Positions 17,610 to 27,158 of a stretch of 64,000 bases of DNA are shown here, in pieces. The translations under genes were made by a program, and so were the position numbers. The notes under the pieces were generated by a model. That model worked only from the letters and a program-made list of their open reading frames with translations, searched no databases and was not told where the DNA came from. Source of the stretch: Candidatus Micrarchaeia archaeon (lineage in GTDB: Archaea; Micrarchaeota; Micrarchaeia; Anstonellales; J096); assembly GCA_041500865.1 (NCBI GenBank), contig JBGQMY010000003.1:11333-75332 (forward strand). Reading direction: 5' to 3'. Every line of letters starts with the position of its first letter. The stretch's first letter is position 1.

Positions 17610-18554
17610 TTAGCCACCACTCTGTTTCTCAATTGACTTGAGAGCGTTACCCTGTGAAAATGCCTTTGCCAAAAGCTCAGGCATCACCCCTTCCGAATAT
17701 GCCCCTGGATTCATCCCGATGCTCCTTCCCTGCCTCATCGCGTTCGTAAGCAGGAACGCCACGTTGGATTCGGTCGGATAGCTGGCGTTTATGCTCATGC
17801 TGAAGCCCTGCGCAAGCGCCTCCTTGAGGCCTTCCGCAAGCTGCTCAGCCCCTAGCCCGAGCACGTCAGCATTGAAGATTATCTTTCCGTCAAACGCTTT
17901 CCATATGGTCAATCCGACCTTGAACGGCTTGATGCCCAGCATCTGGAGCGCCTGCACCTTTTCTTGCGTTAGCGTTGCGCCTTCCTTGGCCAGCACGCTG
18001 TCTGCCGAAACCGCTATCTTTCCCTTGTCGACTTTGACGTTCAGGCCGGCCTGTTTCAGCTGCGTGAGCGCAGGGCCAGGCGGCATGTCCGTCTCCCCTG
18101 CCGGTATCACTATGTCAAACGGCGCCTTGTCGCCCGGCTTTGCGGCAACGCTGAGCATGTTGCCCATGAACATGTTGCTTATCTCGTATGGCGAAAGCTC
18201 GTTCGCCGCTATCAGGGCGACCGGGAAGTTTATGTCCGCATAAAGCTCCTTGGGCGCATTGCACTGCTCGAGCGCCCTTTTCACTATCGCGAGCTTCGCT
18301 ATTTTGAACAGTGCGCCGTGCTTTTCCTTCAGCTTCCTCCTTACCTGCTGCACGAGCTTGTCGGGCGTCTTGGAAAGGTTGAGCAGCACTATTATCTTCC
18401 TTTTCTTCAGCTCGTTGGCCATGTCCTTGACAGCGTTCTGCTTGTCCCTTATGGCCTTCCTCTCCTTCTTTTCTTTTGCAATGTCTTTGACTGCGCTTTG
18501 TTTGTCCGCTTTCTTCTCCTTCGTTTCCTTTGAACTTGAGACCTTGGCTGCCAT
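17610..18554 (-). CDS. rpl10: 50S ribosomal protein L10 (aP0)
   Basis: AKPGDKAPFDIVIPAGETDMPPGP, LGIKP; operon position. Confidence 0.93.
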   Translation of the reverse strand: MAAKVSSSKETKEKKADKQSAVKDIAKEKKERKAIRDKQNAVKDMANELKKRKIIVLLNLSKTPDKLVQQVRRKLKEKHGALFKIAKLAIVKRALEQCNAPKELYADINFPVALIAANELSPYEISNMFMGNMLSVAAKPGDKAPFDIVIPAGETDMPPGPALTQLKQAGLNVKVDKGKIAVSADSVLAKEGATLTQEKVQALQMLGIKPFKVGLTIWKAFDGKIIFNADVLGLGAEQLAEGLKEALAQGFSMSINASYPTESNVAFLLTNAMRQGRSIGMNPGAYSEGVMPELLAKAFSQGNALKSIEKQSGG

Positions 18555-19187
18555 CTAGACCACCTTCTGCGGCTTGCCCATGCTGAGCTTGAAGTATACG
18601 CTCCTGACGTTGCCTGTCGGTATCTTCTTCGTGACTGCGTCGAAAATCGTCCTTGCGTTCGCCATTGCGTCATCTATCTCCATTTTCTCAGTCCCTATGG
18701 GCGCCTGCACCGTCGGCAGGTACTTCCCTTTCGTTTGGACCTGCACGTTGTTCCTCGTTCCGTCAATCGCCTTCTTCACGTCGCCCGGAATCGGTATCGG
18801 GTTCTTTCCCCTTGGGCCCAAAATCTTTGCCCAGTTCTTGGCAACCATGCCGATGAACTTCGGCTCAACCAGGAACAGGTGGTCCTTTGCCAGCTTCTTC
18901 ACTTCCTTTTTGCTGAAGGACTCAATCTGGTCTGCTGAGACCGTCGCTTCCGCGCCGGCCTTCTTTGCCTCGTGCACCGTAAGCTCGGAGCCTATGACAA
19001 CGACCTTGTTCGGCTTGCCCTTGCCTTTCGGCAGCGGCAGGTTGACGTTGAGCCTGTTTTCCGGCTTTGAGAAGTCGATTGCCCTGAAGTTTATTATCAT
19101 TTCCAGGGACTGCTCAAACTTCCGCTTGCCCTTTTCCTCGAGGGCCTTGGATATGCATTCCTTGACCTTTTCGTCTTTCCAGTCCAT
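18555..19187 (-). CDS. rpl1: 50S ribosomal protein L1
   Basis: RKFEQSLE, LGPRGK, KLSMG. Confidence 0.95.
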   Translation of the reverse strand: MDWKDEKVKECISKALEEKGKRKFEQSLEMIINFRAIDFSKPENRLNVNLPLPKGKGKPNKVVVIGSELTVHEAKKAGAEATVSADQIESFSKKEVKKLAKDHLFLVEPKFIGMVAKNWAKILGPRGKNPIPIPGDVKKAIDGTRNNVQVQTKGKYLPTVQAPIGTEKMEIDDAMANARTIFDAVTKKIPTGNVRSVYFKLSMGKPQKVV

Positions 19188-19209
19188 GTTAATCTCCCTC
19201 CCACAACCC

Positions 19210-19370
19210 CAAAAAGAACCTCGTTCTTTTTCGCTGAAGCCTTTTTCAAAAAAAGGCTTCCTGTGGTTAAACGGGCATTAGGAGAGATTGAGCGAAAAGT
19301 TTAAAAATGGAGACGTTACCCTAGGCAGGCCCTTTTTCTTCGCAAAGAAAAAGCCCCTGGGGAAAACGAC
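19210..19370. repeat. Modular palindromic intergenic repeats
   Basis: GAAGCCTTTTTCAAAAAAAGGCTTC and CCCTTTTTCTTCGCAAAGAAAAAG modules shared with other loci. Confidence 0.65.
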
Positions 19371-19379
19371 CCCTTTCCT

Positions 19380-19952
19380 TTATTCCTTGGCGCCGACCTG
19401 CTTCAGGAGATTGACTATTTCGGCGTTCCCATCGGATTCAGCATATATAAGTATAGTGTAACCGTTTTCGTCCTTTGCGTTGACGTCCGCGCCTTTGTCT
19501 ATCAGCAGGCTAACTACATCAGTATGCTTCTTTACTACAGCCCACATGAGCGCGGTGTAACCGTGATTGGTTTTTGCGTTGACGTCCGCGCCTTTGTCTA
19601 TCAGCAGCTTGGTGATATTAGTGTTCCCACCATATGCAGCCTGCATGAGCGCGGTGTAACCGTTTTCGTCCTTTGTGTTAACGTCCGCGCCTTTGTCTAT
19701 CAGCAGGCTAACTACATCATTATTCCCAAAAGGTGCGGCATACATGAGCGCGGTCATGCCGGAACGATCTGTTGCGTTGACGTCCGCGCCTTTGTTGATT
19801 AAACTTTTCGCAAGGGCAGTATCGTTATGTTGAGTAGCGTTCAGTAACTCTGCAGTGTAATTCTCCTGCCCTGTCGGTTGATTGTTTGTCTGTCCCAAGC
19901 ACCCGAAAAGCAGTACTAATCCAAGAACGATTGCCAATATCGCAGTTCTCAT
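19380..19952 (-). CDS. Ankyrin-repeat lipoprotein-like protein
   Basis: Leader ending LLFGC; four near-identical 33-aa repeats (LLIDKGADVNAK..GYTALM). Confidence 0.9.
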   Translation of the reverse strand: MRTAILAIVLGLVLLFGCLGQTNNQPTGQENYTAELLNATQHNDTALAKSLINKGADVNATDRSGMTALMYAAPFGNNDVVSLLIDKGADVNTKDENGYTALMQAAYGGNTNITKLLIDKGADVNAKTNHGYTALMWAVVKKHTDVVSLLIDKGADVNAKDENGYTILIYAESDGNAEIVNLLKQVGAKE

Positions 19953-19996
19953 GCTTCCTATAATCTAATATAAACATATAAATCCATTGTGCATGC

Positions 19997-20137
19997 CTAT
20001 TTTAGCAACTTTGCGTATTTACCAAGGGCTTCCTCTTTGCTTATCAGCCTGTGCTTGCCTTCCTTGAGCTCCTGGTCCATCCTTTGCATTTTCAGGACCG
20101 CAAGGCAATCCTTACTTTCTTTATTTGACTTCTTCAT
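19997..20137 (-). pseudogene. Orphan antitoxin fragment
   Basis: LKMQRMDQELKEGKHRLIS..KY resembles the C-terminus of 26557-26838 (AKLQKMDEEIKSGKKRVLT..KY). Confidence 0.5.
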
Positions 20138-20190
20138 CAACTCCTCTTTTTTGGCAATCCCTTTTAAACCAAAGCCGGCAATGAAAATCC

Positions 20191-22782
20191 ATGCAGGCGC
20201 CAAGTGCCGGGCAGGCTTCGCAGCTTTCGTCTGAAACGCTCATCCGGATAGCCAGTATTGATGAAGCCCAGGCACTGAAGGCGCTGAACAGCAGGCCCGA
20301 AGGCCTTACCTCAAAAGAGGCAAAGGCAAGGCTCCTAAAATACGGGGAAAACAGGCCCATTGAAAGCAAAAGGAAGGGCATGCTCTCAAGGATAATCGAC
20401 GTCCTCAAGGACCCGCTCATACTGCTTCTTTCCTTCATGGCAATCCTTTCCTTCCTGACCGGGGACATGAAAGCCGCTGCCGTAATCGCGGCCATGGTTC
20501 TTATGAGCTCGGCATTGAGGATGTCGCAGGAGCTCAAGGCTGACAATGCGGCGGAAAAGCTCAAGGAGATGGTGAAGACGACCGCGACCGTCCACAGGGA
20601 CGGTGTAAAACAGGACATCCCCCTCCATCTTCTTGTCCCGGGCGACATCATCCACCTTTCGGCAGGCGACCTTGTGCCTGCTGACGTCAGGATGATAAAG
20701 TCAAGGGACATCTTCGTCAACCAGTCCGCGCTTACCGGGGAGTCCCTGCCTGTGGAAAAGCACGCGCCGAAAATAACTCCGGGAAGCAACGCCCTTGAGC
20801 TTGGAAACATCTGCTTCATGGGGACAAACATCGAAAGCGGGATAGGCGACGCGGTTGTCGTTAACACCGGGACCAGGACGTATTTCAGCTCGATAGCGGA
20901 AAGCATAATGAAGGAAAGCCCAACCAGCTTCGAAACAGGCATAAGGAGCTATGCGATTTTCAACATCAAGCTCATCCTTGTCATGGCGCCGCTGGTGCTG
21001 CTGATAAACGGGATAACGAAAGGCGACTGGTTCGAGGCGTTCCTTTTCGCCCTTGCCGTGGTGATTGGGCTTGCGCCTGAAATGATGTCGATGATAGTCA
21101 ACGTCACGCTTGCGAACGGCGCGAACAGGATGGCCGAGAAGAAGGTCATAATAAAGAGGCTGCATTCCATACAGGACCTTGGCGCGATGGACGTCCTTTG
21201 CACAGACAAGACAGGGACGATAACCGAAGGGAGAATCGTCCTGGAAAAGCACCTGGATGTCGAAGGGAACGAGAACAACTTCAGGGTCCTTGAATACGCG
21301 TATCTCAACAGCGTCTACCAGACCGGCATGAAAAACGTGATGGACGATGCAATCCTCAAGCATGCCGAGCTTGAGCCAAAGCTGAAGGCAAGGCAGAACT
21401 TCAAAAAGATAGACGAGGTCACGTTTGACTTCGAAAGAAGAAGGATGAGCGTCATTGTCCAGGAGGGCGACAAAAACCCGCTGCTGATATGCAAGGGCGC
21501 GGTCGATGAGGTGCTAAGCGTCTGCGATTTGGCGGAAATGGGGGGGCGGAAGTTCAAGCTGGAGAAAGGGCACCTAATCAAGGCAAAGGGGATAGTGGAT
21601 GGATTAAACAGCCAGGGGTTCAGGGTAATCGCGGTCGCATACAAGGAAACGGAAAAGGCGAAGAAGGCGTACAAAGTGGCGGACGAGTCCCGTCTTGTGC
21701 TTTCGGGCTTCATAGCCTTCCTTGACCCGCCCAAGGCATCGGCCATAGAGGCGATAAGGGAGCTGCATGAGCACGGGGTCCATGTGAAAATCCTGACCGG
21801 CGACAGCGAGCTTGTCACGAAAAACATCTGCTCGAAGGTCGGGATACATGCCGAAAGGTTCCTTCTTGGAAATGACATAGAGAAGATGAACGACGAAAGG
21901 CTGGGGAAGGAGGTCGAGCATATCTCCATTTTCGCAAAGCTGCTGCCCAAGCACAAGGAGCGGATAATAAACGCTCTGAGGAAAAACGGCCACGTGGTCG
22001 GCTTCCTTGGGGACGGCATAAACGACGCGCCGGGCCTGAGGGCGTCCGACGTCGGAATCTCGGTCGATACGGCCGTGGACATAGCAAAGGAAACGTCAAC
22101 AGTGATACTTCTGGAAAAGGACCTCACTGTCCTTGCCGAAGGGATAAGGCAGGGGAGGGGCGTGTTCGGGAACATCACCAAATACCTGAAGATGGCCGCA
22201 AGCTCCACGTTCGGCAACATGTTCAGCGTCGTCGGCGGAAGCATATTCCTGCCGTTCCTTCCGATGCTGCCCATACAGATACTGGTGAACAACCTATTGT
22301 ACGACTTTTCGCAGACGACGATACCAAGCGACGGGGTTGACAGGGAATGGCTCAAGAAGCCCAGGAAATGGACCCTTGACAATATCAAGAAGTTCATCTT
22401 CATCATAGGGCCAATAAGCTCCATCTTTGACTTTCTTACGTTCTTCGCGATGTTTTACGTGTTCAACGCATGGGCCAGCCCCGCGCTTTTCCAGACAGGG
22501 TGGTTCATAGAGTCGCTTTTCACCCAGACGCTGATAATACACGTCATAAGGACGAACAAAATACCGTTTTTGCAGAGCAGCGCAAGCTGGCAGGTGATAA
22601 TCTCCACTTCGCTTGTGTGCCTTATCGGCGTTGCGCTTCCTTATTCGCCCATAGGCCCCGCATTGGGGTTCGTGCCTCTGCCAAGCGGCTATTGGGTTTT
22701 CCTTGGCATCACCATAGCGGCTTACCTGACGCTCACGCAGCTGATAAAGTCGTGGTTCGTGAAAAGGTTCGGGGAGGATTAG
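20191..22782 (+). CDS. mgtA: Mg2+-translocating P-type ATPase
   Basis: LTGES, DKTGT, GDGINDAP, NNLLYDFSQ. Confidence 0.92.
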   Translation: MQAPSAGQASQLSSETLIRIASIDEAQALKALNSRPEGLTSKEAKARLLKYGENRPIESKRKGMLSRIIDVLKDPLILLLSFMAILSFLTGDMKAAAVIAAMVLMSSALRMSQELKADNAAEKLKEMVKTTATVHRDGVKQDIPLHLLVPGDIIHLSAGDLVPADVRMIKSRDIFVNQSALTGESLPVEKHAPKITPGSNALELGNICFMGTNIESGIGDAVVVNTGTRTYFSSIAESIMKESPTSFETGIRSYAIFNIKLILVMAPLVLLINGITKGDWFEAFLFALAVVIGLAPEMMSMIVNVTLANGANRMAEKKVIIKRLHSIQDLGAMDVLCTDKTGTITEGRIVLEKHLDVEGNENNFRVLEYAYLNSVYQTGMKNVMDDAILKHAELEPKLKARQNFKKIDEVTFDFERRRMSVIVQEGDKNPLLICKGAVDEVLSVCDLAEMGGRKFKLEKGHLIKAKGIVDGLNSQGFRVIAVAYKETEKAKKAYKVADESRLVLSGFIAFLDPPKASAIEAIRELHEHGVHVKILTGDSELVTKNICSKVGIHAERFLLGNDIEKMNDERLGKEVEHISIFAKLLPKHKERIINALRKNGHVVGFLGDGINDAPGLRASDVGISVDTAVDIAKETSTVILLEKDLTVLAEGIRQGRGVFGNITKYLKMAASSTFGNMFSVVGGSIFLPFLPMLPIQILVNNLLYDFSQTTIPSDGVDREWLKKPRKWTLDNIKKFIFIIGPISSIFDFLTFFAMFYVFNAWASPALFQTGWFIESLFTQTLIIHVIRTNKIPFLQSSASWQVIISTSLVCLIGVALPYSPIGPALGFVPLPSGYWVFLGITIAAYLTLTQLIKSWFVKRFGED

Positions 22783-23265
22783 TCATTCAAACCTTTTCAG
22801 CGCATATTCCGCGCCGCTCTTTTCCAGCACGCACTCGAAATAGTGCTTGCCCCTGTTGACTATCATCCGCTCTATTATATGGACGTCGCTCGGGATTATG
22901 CGGCCCTTCATTTCCGCCATCTTTCCAAGAGGATACCAGCCAAGCTTGCCTTCTGTTTCGGCCGATATCTCGGTTGTTTCTGGGGAAAGCTCGCACACGT
23001 TGAGCAGGAAGTGCTGGACAACTGCGCCGTTCTCGACAAGGTGCTCCGAGACCAGGCCAAGATGGGACTTGAACACTGCCCTTATGCCGGACTCCTCGAA
23101 GATTTCCCTCACTGCGGCATCGGAAACATGCTCGCCCTTTTCCACCTTGCCTCCCGGAAGCCCGAGAAGGCCCACGTAGTCGCCCTTCTTCCTCTGGAGA
23201 AGCAGTATGTTCCTGTCATTGTCTATGAGAGCGGAAATGGCAATCGGAAGAGGATATTCTGGCAT
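22783..23265 (-). CDS. NUDIX hydrolase
   Basis: GGKVEKGE...AAVREIFEESG Nudix box. Confidence 0.9.
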   Translation of the reverse strand: MPEYPLPIAISALIDNDRNILLLQRKKGDYVGLLGLPGGKVEKGEHVSDAAVREIFEESGIRAVFKSHLGLVSEHLVENGAVVQHFLLNVCELSPETTEISAETEGKLGWYPLGKMAEMKGRIIPSDVHIIERMIVNRGKHYFECVLEKSGAEYALKRFE

Positions 23266-23335
23266 GATTCAGTATTGAGAATAAACAAATATAAAACAGT
23301 ATGAAAAATGGATTTTGGCAATGAAAAAATGCCCC

Positions 23336-23746
23336 TTATTTGGCGCCATGCTCTTTGAGGAAGGCAATGGCCTTTTCTAGGGATTCATATCTTGGATTTG
23401 GAATGCGCCTGTCATCCGGCTGCTCCGAACGCAAATGCTCAAGCTCGCGCAAGTTGCCAAGCGGTGTGCCGGCAGTGCAAATGGTTTTTGGGATGTGTAA
23501 CAGGGCTTCTTTTGCATTCTCCAGCACGGTCATCTCTTCTTCATCCACGGCATTGGGGTCTGCCCCTTTCCGGATGAGGCACTCGACTTCCTTATAATCG
23601 TAATTCTGGACTGCTTTAATCAGTTTCTTGTTTCTGTGATTCTCAACTACCGCCTTGAATTTCTCTAATATGCCGCGAGGACTGGGTTTGTACTGTTCAT
23701 TAACCTGCCTGCCAATCTTGCTCGGCTCGACTACTGTGCCGTTCAT
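23336..23746 (-). CDS. Short ankyrin-repeat protein
   Basis: LIKAV...LIRKGADPNA; flanked by 20-bp direct repeats. Confidence 0.7.
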   Translation of the reverse strand: MNGTVVEPSKIGRQVNEQYKPSPRGILEKFKAVVENHRNKKLIKAVQNYDYKEVECLIRKGADPNAVDEEEMTVLENAKEALLHIPKTICTAGTPLGNLRELEHLRSEQPDDRRIPNPRYESLEKAIAFLKEHGAK

Positions 23747-23825
23747 GTGATATACGATGTATGCAAATGCTTAAATACTGATAATGCGCTGACGGTTGAT
23801 ACAAGAGAAGAATGCCCTTTATTTG

Positions 23826-23899
23826 GCGTCGGTTTTTCCCTGGGCCAAAACGATTTCTTTTTCCGCAGGCGCTTTTTCTTTGCAAAGAAAAAGGGCCTT
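23826..23899. repeat. Modular intergenic repeat 3' of tRNA-Pro
   Basis: 23826-23845 is the exact reverse complement of 54663-54682. Confidence 0.75.
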
Positions 23900-23972
23900 T
23901 GGGGTAACCCGGATTTGAACCGGGATCACAAGCTCCCAAAGCTCGCAGGCTACCAGGTTGTCCCATTACCCC
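23900..23972 (-). tRNA. tRNA-Pro(TGG)
   Basis: GGGGTAA/TTACCCC acceptor, GGTTCAAATCC T-loop. Confidence 0.93.
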
Positions 23973-24019
23973 CTGAAAGGATGGGCATGCAAGAGTTTTA
24001 AATGCCTTGTCCCCGGCTG

Positions 24020-24583
24020 TCACAAACCGGCGCATTCCGCAAAATCCAGGATAAACCGCTTATGCCCGATGCCGATTAAGCTTTCAAGCGGCTTTATTGC
24101 ATCCATGATTGCCACAACGCCCCTGTATCCGCGCGTTATCATATGACGCCTGGTTGTTTGCCAGTATTCTCTTCTTGCATTACCTTTGAAATTCGCGCCT
24201 TTGCTTAGCAGCAGCGCGAACGTTCTTGCATTCCCATGCGCAAAGGCCAGCATGAGCGCGGTTATGCCCTGGTCGTTTCTTGCATTGATTTTTGCGCCCC
24301 TTTCCAGCAGCATGGAAACCGTTTCCGTCCTTCCGTTGGATGAGGCGAACATCAGCGGGGTCGTGCCTGCAATGCTCCTTGACTCAATGCCGATTCCGGC
24401 CTTCAGCAGCCTCATTATCCTTTTGGTTTTGCCTGTCCTTGCAGATTCTCCCAGAATGTTTTCCAGCCGCTTTACCTTTGCATTTTTGGATTCCGCGTTT
24501 TCTTGGCCCAGCTTATGGGCGGCAAGAAAAGACGCAATTGACCTTGCTGCGCGGATTGCGCGCCCCGTTGCATTTATCTGCAT
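24020..24583 (-). CDS. Ankyrin-repeat protein
   Basis: GTTPLMFAS, GITALMLA; C-terminal FILDFAECAGL. Confidence 0.85.
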   Translation of the reverse strand: MQINATGRAIRAARSIASFLAAHKLGQENAESKNAKVKRLENILGESARTGKTKRIMRLLKAGIGIESRSIAGTTPLMFASSNGRTETVSMLLERGAKINARNDQGITALMLAFAHGNARTFALLLSKGANFKGNARREYWQTTRRHMITRGYRGVVAIMDAIKPLESLIGIGHKRFILDFAECAGL

Positions 24584-24615
24584 GGCTCAACTGTTCGCAA
24601 AAAGAGGTTAAAACA

Positions 24616-25536
24616 TTATCCCTTCGTTATGGGTATGCAGCCGTCCTTCGTTACGACGACCGTTTCCTCGAACTGCGCAATCGGCTGTCCATTGGCTTCT
24701 GCAAGCACCGGATACGCAATCAGCACCCTGGCCTTCAGCATCTCTTTTATGCCTGAGTTGAGGAGCAGCCTTGACTGGAATTCCTTGTGCAGCCACCTTT
24801 CGCAGAACGGCATTGTCTTGTAGTTTTCAATGATGTACTCAAGCATCTTCCTGCTCTGCCTCATCCTTATGTTGCCCGGTATGAAAAGGCTGTAAATCTC
24901 CACGCGGTCCGTCTCCTTTATGTAGCCCGCGCCCTCCTTCGTGGTCACGAAGGGCTCTATGGCGAACACGTCTCCTTCCTGGAACTCGTACATCTCGTTG
25001 GCAGGGATGTTGGGAATCTCGATGCCTGCATGGAGGTTCATCCACTCTATCTTGTGTCCTGCGAGGTTGGAAATCGGCTTGCAGCCGTTGTCCTTAATCG
25101 TTTCGTATATGATTTTGCTGACGTCATTGACAGGCACGCCGGGTTTTACCGCCTTTATGGCGTTCTCAAGCGCGTCCCTTGACGCCTTCATCAGCGAACC
25201 GTATTTGTTGCCGAGGTCAACCGTCACGGACGTGTCCGTTATCGCCTGCCCTTTCACGAGCCCGAAATCAACCTTAACAAGGCCGTCTTCCGGTATCTCA
25301 GCCTCATCGTTCGCGGACGGCGTGTAGTGCGCCGCCAATTCGTTTGTGGATATGTTGACCGGGAATGCGGGCTTCGCGCCCTCCTTCTCCATCATCTGCT
25401 CAAGCGTTTCAGCTATGTCAAAGAGCCTCTCGCCGACTATGACAAGCTGCTCCGCGTCCTTCTTGAGCTTCGCAGTGAGCTTGCCTGCCTCCTTGAGGTC
25501 GCCAAGCTCTAGGTTTTCCATAAACGAACGTTCCAA
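24616..25536 (-). CDS. map: Methionine aminopeptidase type II
   Basis: PAFPVNIS, AAHYTP, NLAGH, AIEPF. Confidence 0.95.
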   Translation of the reverse strand: MERSFMENLELGDLKEAGKLTAKLKKDAEQLVIVGERLFDIAETLEQMMEKEGAKPAFPVNISTNELAAHYTPSANDEAEIPEDGLVKVDFGLVKGQAITDTSVTVDLGNKYGSLMKASRDALENAIKAVKPGVPVNDVSKIIYETIKDNGCKPISNLAGHKIEWMNLHAGIEIPNIPANEMYEFQEGDVFAIEPFVTTKEGAGYIKETDRVEIYSLFIPGNIRMRQSRKMLEYIIENYKTMPFCERWLHKEFQSRLLLNSGIKEMLKARVLIAYPVLAEANGQPIAQFEETVVVTKDGCIPITKG

Positions 25537-25568
25537 TCAAAGCTTTTTTAATGGCAGGCGGTTGCCGT

Positions 25569-26222
25569 CTACTGGCCTATGCAGCGCCTGAAATCCAGCA
25601 GGAATGCGGCAAATGCCTCTTTGCCAAACGGCTTTTGCAGGGATTCCCAAAAATCCAGGAGCACAATGTTGTTCCTTTTTGTATTTAATTCCGCCAGGCC
25701 GCGGGCATTGCGGCCGTCATCGTTCCTTGTGTCCAAATCAGCGCCATGCATGAGCAGGAGCCTGGCCGTTTCAATGCGGCCATGTATTGAAGTGTACATG
25801 AGCAGGGTGTATTCTCCATGGCTCCTTGCATTTACGTCAGCCCCTTTTTCCAGCAGGAGCCTGGCGATGGCAGTATTTCCTGAACACGATGCATACACGA
25901 GCGCGGTATAGCCGCAAATGCCCCTGATGTTCACGTCTGTTCCCTTTTCTATAAGGAATCTGGCTACTTCCGTGCATCCGCAATCCAATGCCCACAAGAG
26001 AGCGGTTTGGCCGTGCTTGAATAAGATATTTGGGTTTGCGCCGGCTTCAACCAGCCGCGCGGCATTTGCAATATCTTCGGGCGCGTTGTTAAATGTCAAT
26101 GCGGCCATTTCCCTGTTTAGGCTTTCAATCCTGACCGCATTGTCTGGCTCAAGCTTGCATTTATCTAATTGAATTGGCATTTTCGCATTTTGCGCATGTC
26201 CCTGCATCTGCTCCTGGGCCAT
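25569..26222 (-). CDS. Ankyrin-repeat protein
   Basis: GQTALLWA, GYTALVYA; C-terminal FLLDFRRCIGQ. Confidence 0.85.
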   Translation of the reverse strand: MAQEQMQGHAQNAKMPIQLDKCKLEPDNAVRIESLNREMAALTFNNAPEDIANAARLVEAGANPNILFKHGQTALLWALDCGCTEVARFLIEKGTDVNIRGICGYTALVYASCSGNTAIARLLLEKGADVNARSHGEYTLLMYTSIHGRIETARLLLMHGADLDTRNDDGRNARGLAELNTKRNNIVLLDFWESLQKPFGKEAFAAFLLDFRRCIGQ

Positions 26223-26296
26223 GGGCTTATTGTGCAAGAACAAGGTTAATAATGATACTGGTTGGATATTCGGGCCCGAGGATTTAAATCAAGGGG

Positions 26297-26560
26297 TTAC
26301 AGGCCTAGCCACTTTTCATATTCTTTATGCGTCCCTACAAAATAGAGCATCTTTGTTTTTGCAGATTCGTTTATCTTGTAGACAAGCCTGTACTGCCCTA
26401 TCTCAGAAACATAGAAATCAAGCCCTTGCTTCAGATGCCTGGCTTGGATATCCTGCTGCAATTGGAGGATTTTCTTTGCCACCCTTTTTTTCATGCTGTT
26501 GTCAAGCCTTGAAAAATACCTGTCCCAGTCTGCATGAAAATTAAGGGCATAGGGGCTCAT
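26297..26560 (-). CDS. RelE/ParE-family toxin
   Basis: 87 aa; YRLVYKI...FVGTHKEYE; overlaps upstream antitoxin by 4 nt. Confidence 0.8.
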   Translation of the reverse strand: MSPYALNFHADWDRYFSRLDNSMKKRVAKKILQLQQDIQARHLKQGLDFYVSEIGQYRLVYKINESAKTKMLYFVGTHKEYEKWLGL

Positions 26561-26838
26561 TCAAAAGCCTCTGGATATTTCCTGCGCACGTCCGCCAATG
26601 TCAGAACCCTTTTCTTTCCTGATTTTATTTCCTCGTCCATTTTCTGTAATTTTGCGGCTGCAAGCTCATCCAGGATTTCCTCGCTGGATTTCACAACCCG
26701 GTATTCCTTCCCAAGCTCAAGTATGCCTGCGCGGACTGCCTCCGCCTTTGTCTTGAAGAAACCGGCTTCTACCAGCCTCTTCAGCGTATCCTCCACAGAA
26801 CCGTCCAGGTGTATTAATATGTCTGCCATTTCCACCAC
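26557..26838 (-). CDS. Ribbon-helix-helix antitoxin
   Basis: LKRLVEAGFFKTKAEAVRAGI pattern; upstream of toxin. Confidence 0.75.
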   Translation of the reverse strand: MVEMADILIHLDGSVEDTLKRLVEAGFFKTKAEAVRAGILELGKEYRVVKSSEEILDELAAAKLQKMDEEIKSGKKRVLTLADVRRKYPEAFE

Positions 26839-26968
26839 AATGTGGAATATATCAAATGGATATATAAATATATCATTTTGATAGATTTAAAATGCAAAAA
26901 CGGGCCCGGGGCAGCCATGGCCGTGCGCGTCCATTTGTCCCAGGCCCTGCGCTGCAGAAGGTGATAAA

Positions 26969-27043
26969 CGGGCCCGGGGGGATTCGGACCCCCGACATTC
27001 CGGTCCGAAGCCGGACACTCTATCCAGGCTGAGCTACGGGCCC
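26969..27043 (-). tRNA. tRNA-Arg(TCG)
   Basis: GGGCCCG/CGGGCCC acceptor; loop CT-TCG-GA; T-loop reads TCCGAAT instead of TTCGAAT. Confidence 0.88.
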
Positions 27044-27158
27044 CTATTTTCGTCTGTCTTGGCCCGGAGCGATTTTGCCAACAGGCAAAAACGAGCTACG
27101 GGCCCGTAATGGATTAGTGCCCCAACAACTATTTAAAGAAAACAGGTGAAACCAAACC

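Noticed and set aside
19470..19800. 99-bp near-identical DNA repeats as a separate element or TR/VR pair
   Set aside because: They are 33-aa ankyrin repeats within the CDS; differences are not adenine-specific
24020..26222. Ankyrin C-termini as CaaX prenylation signals
   Set aside because: Only CAGL and CIGQ fit; three others have Cys third from the end, so spacing is inconsistent
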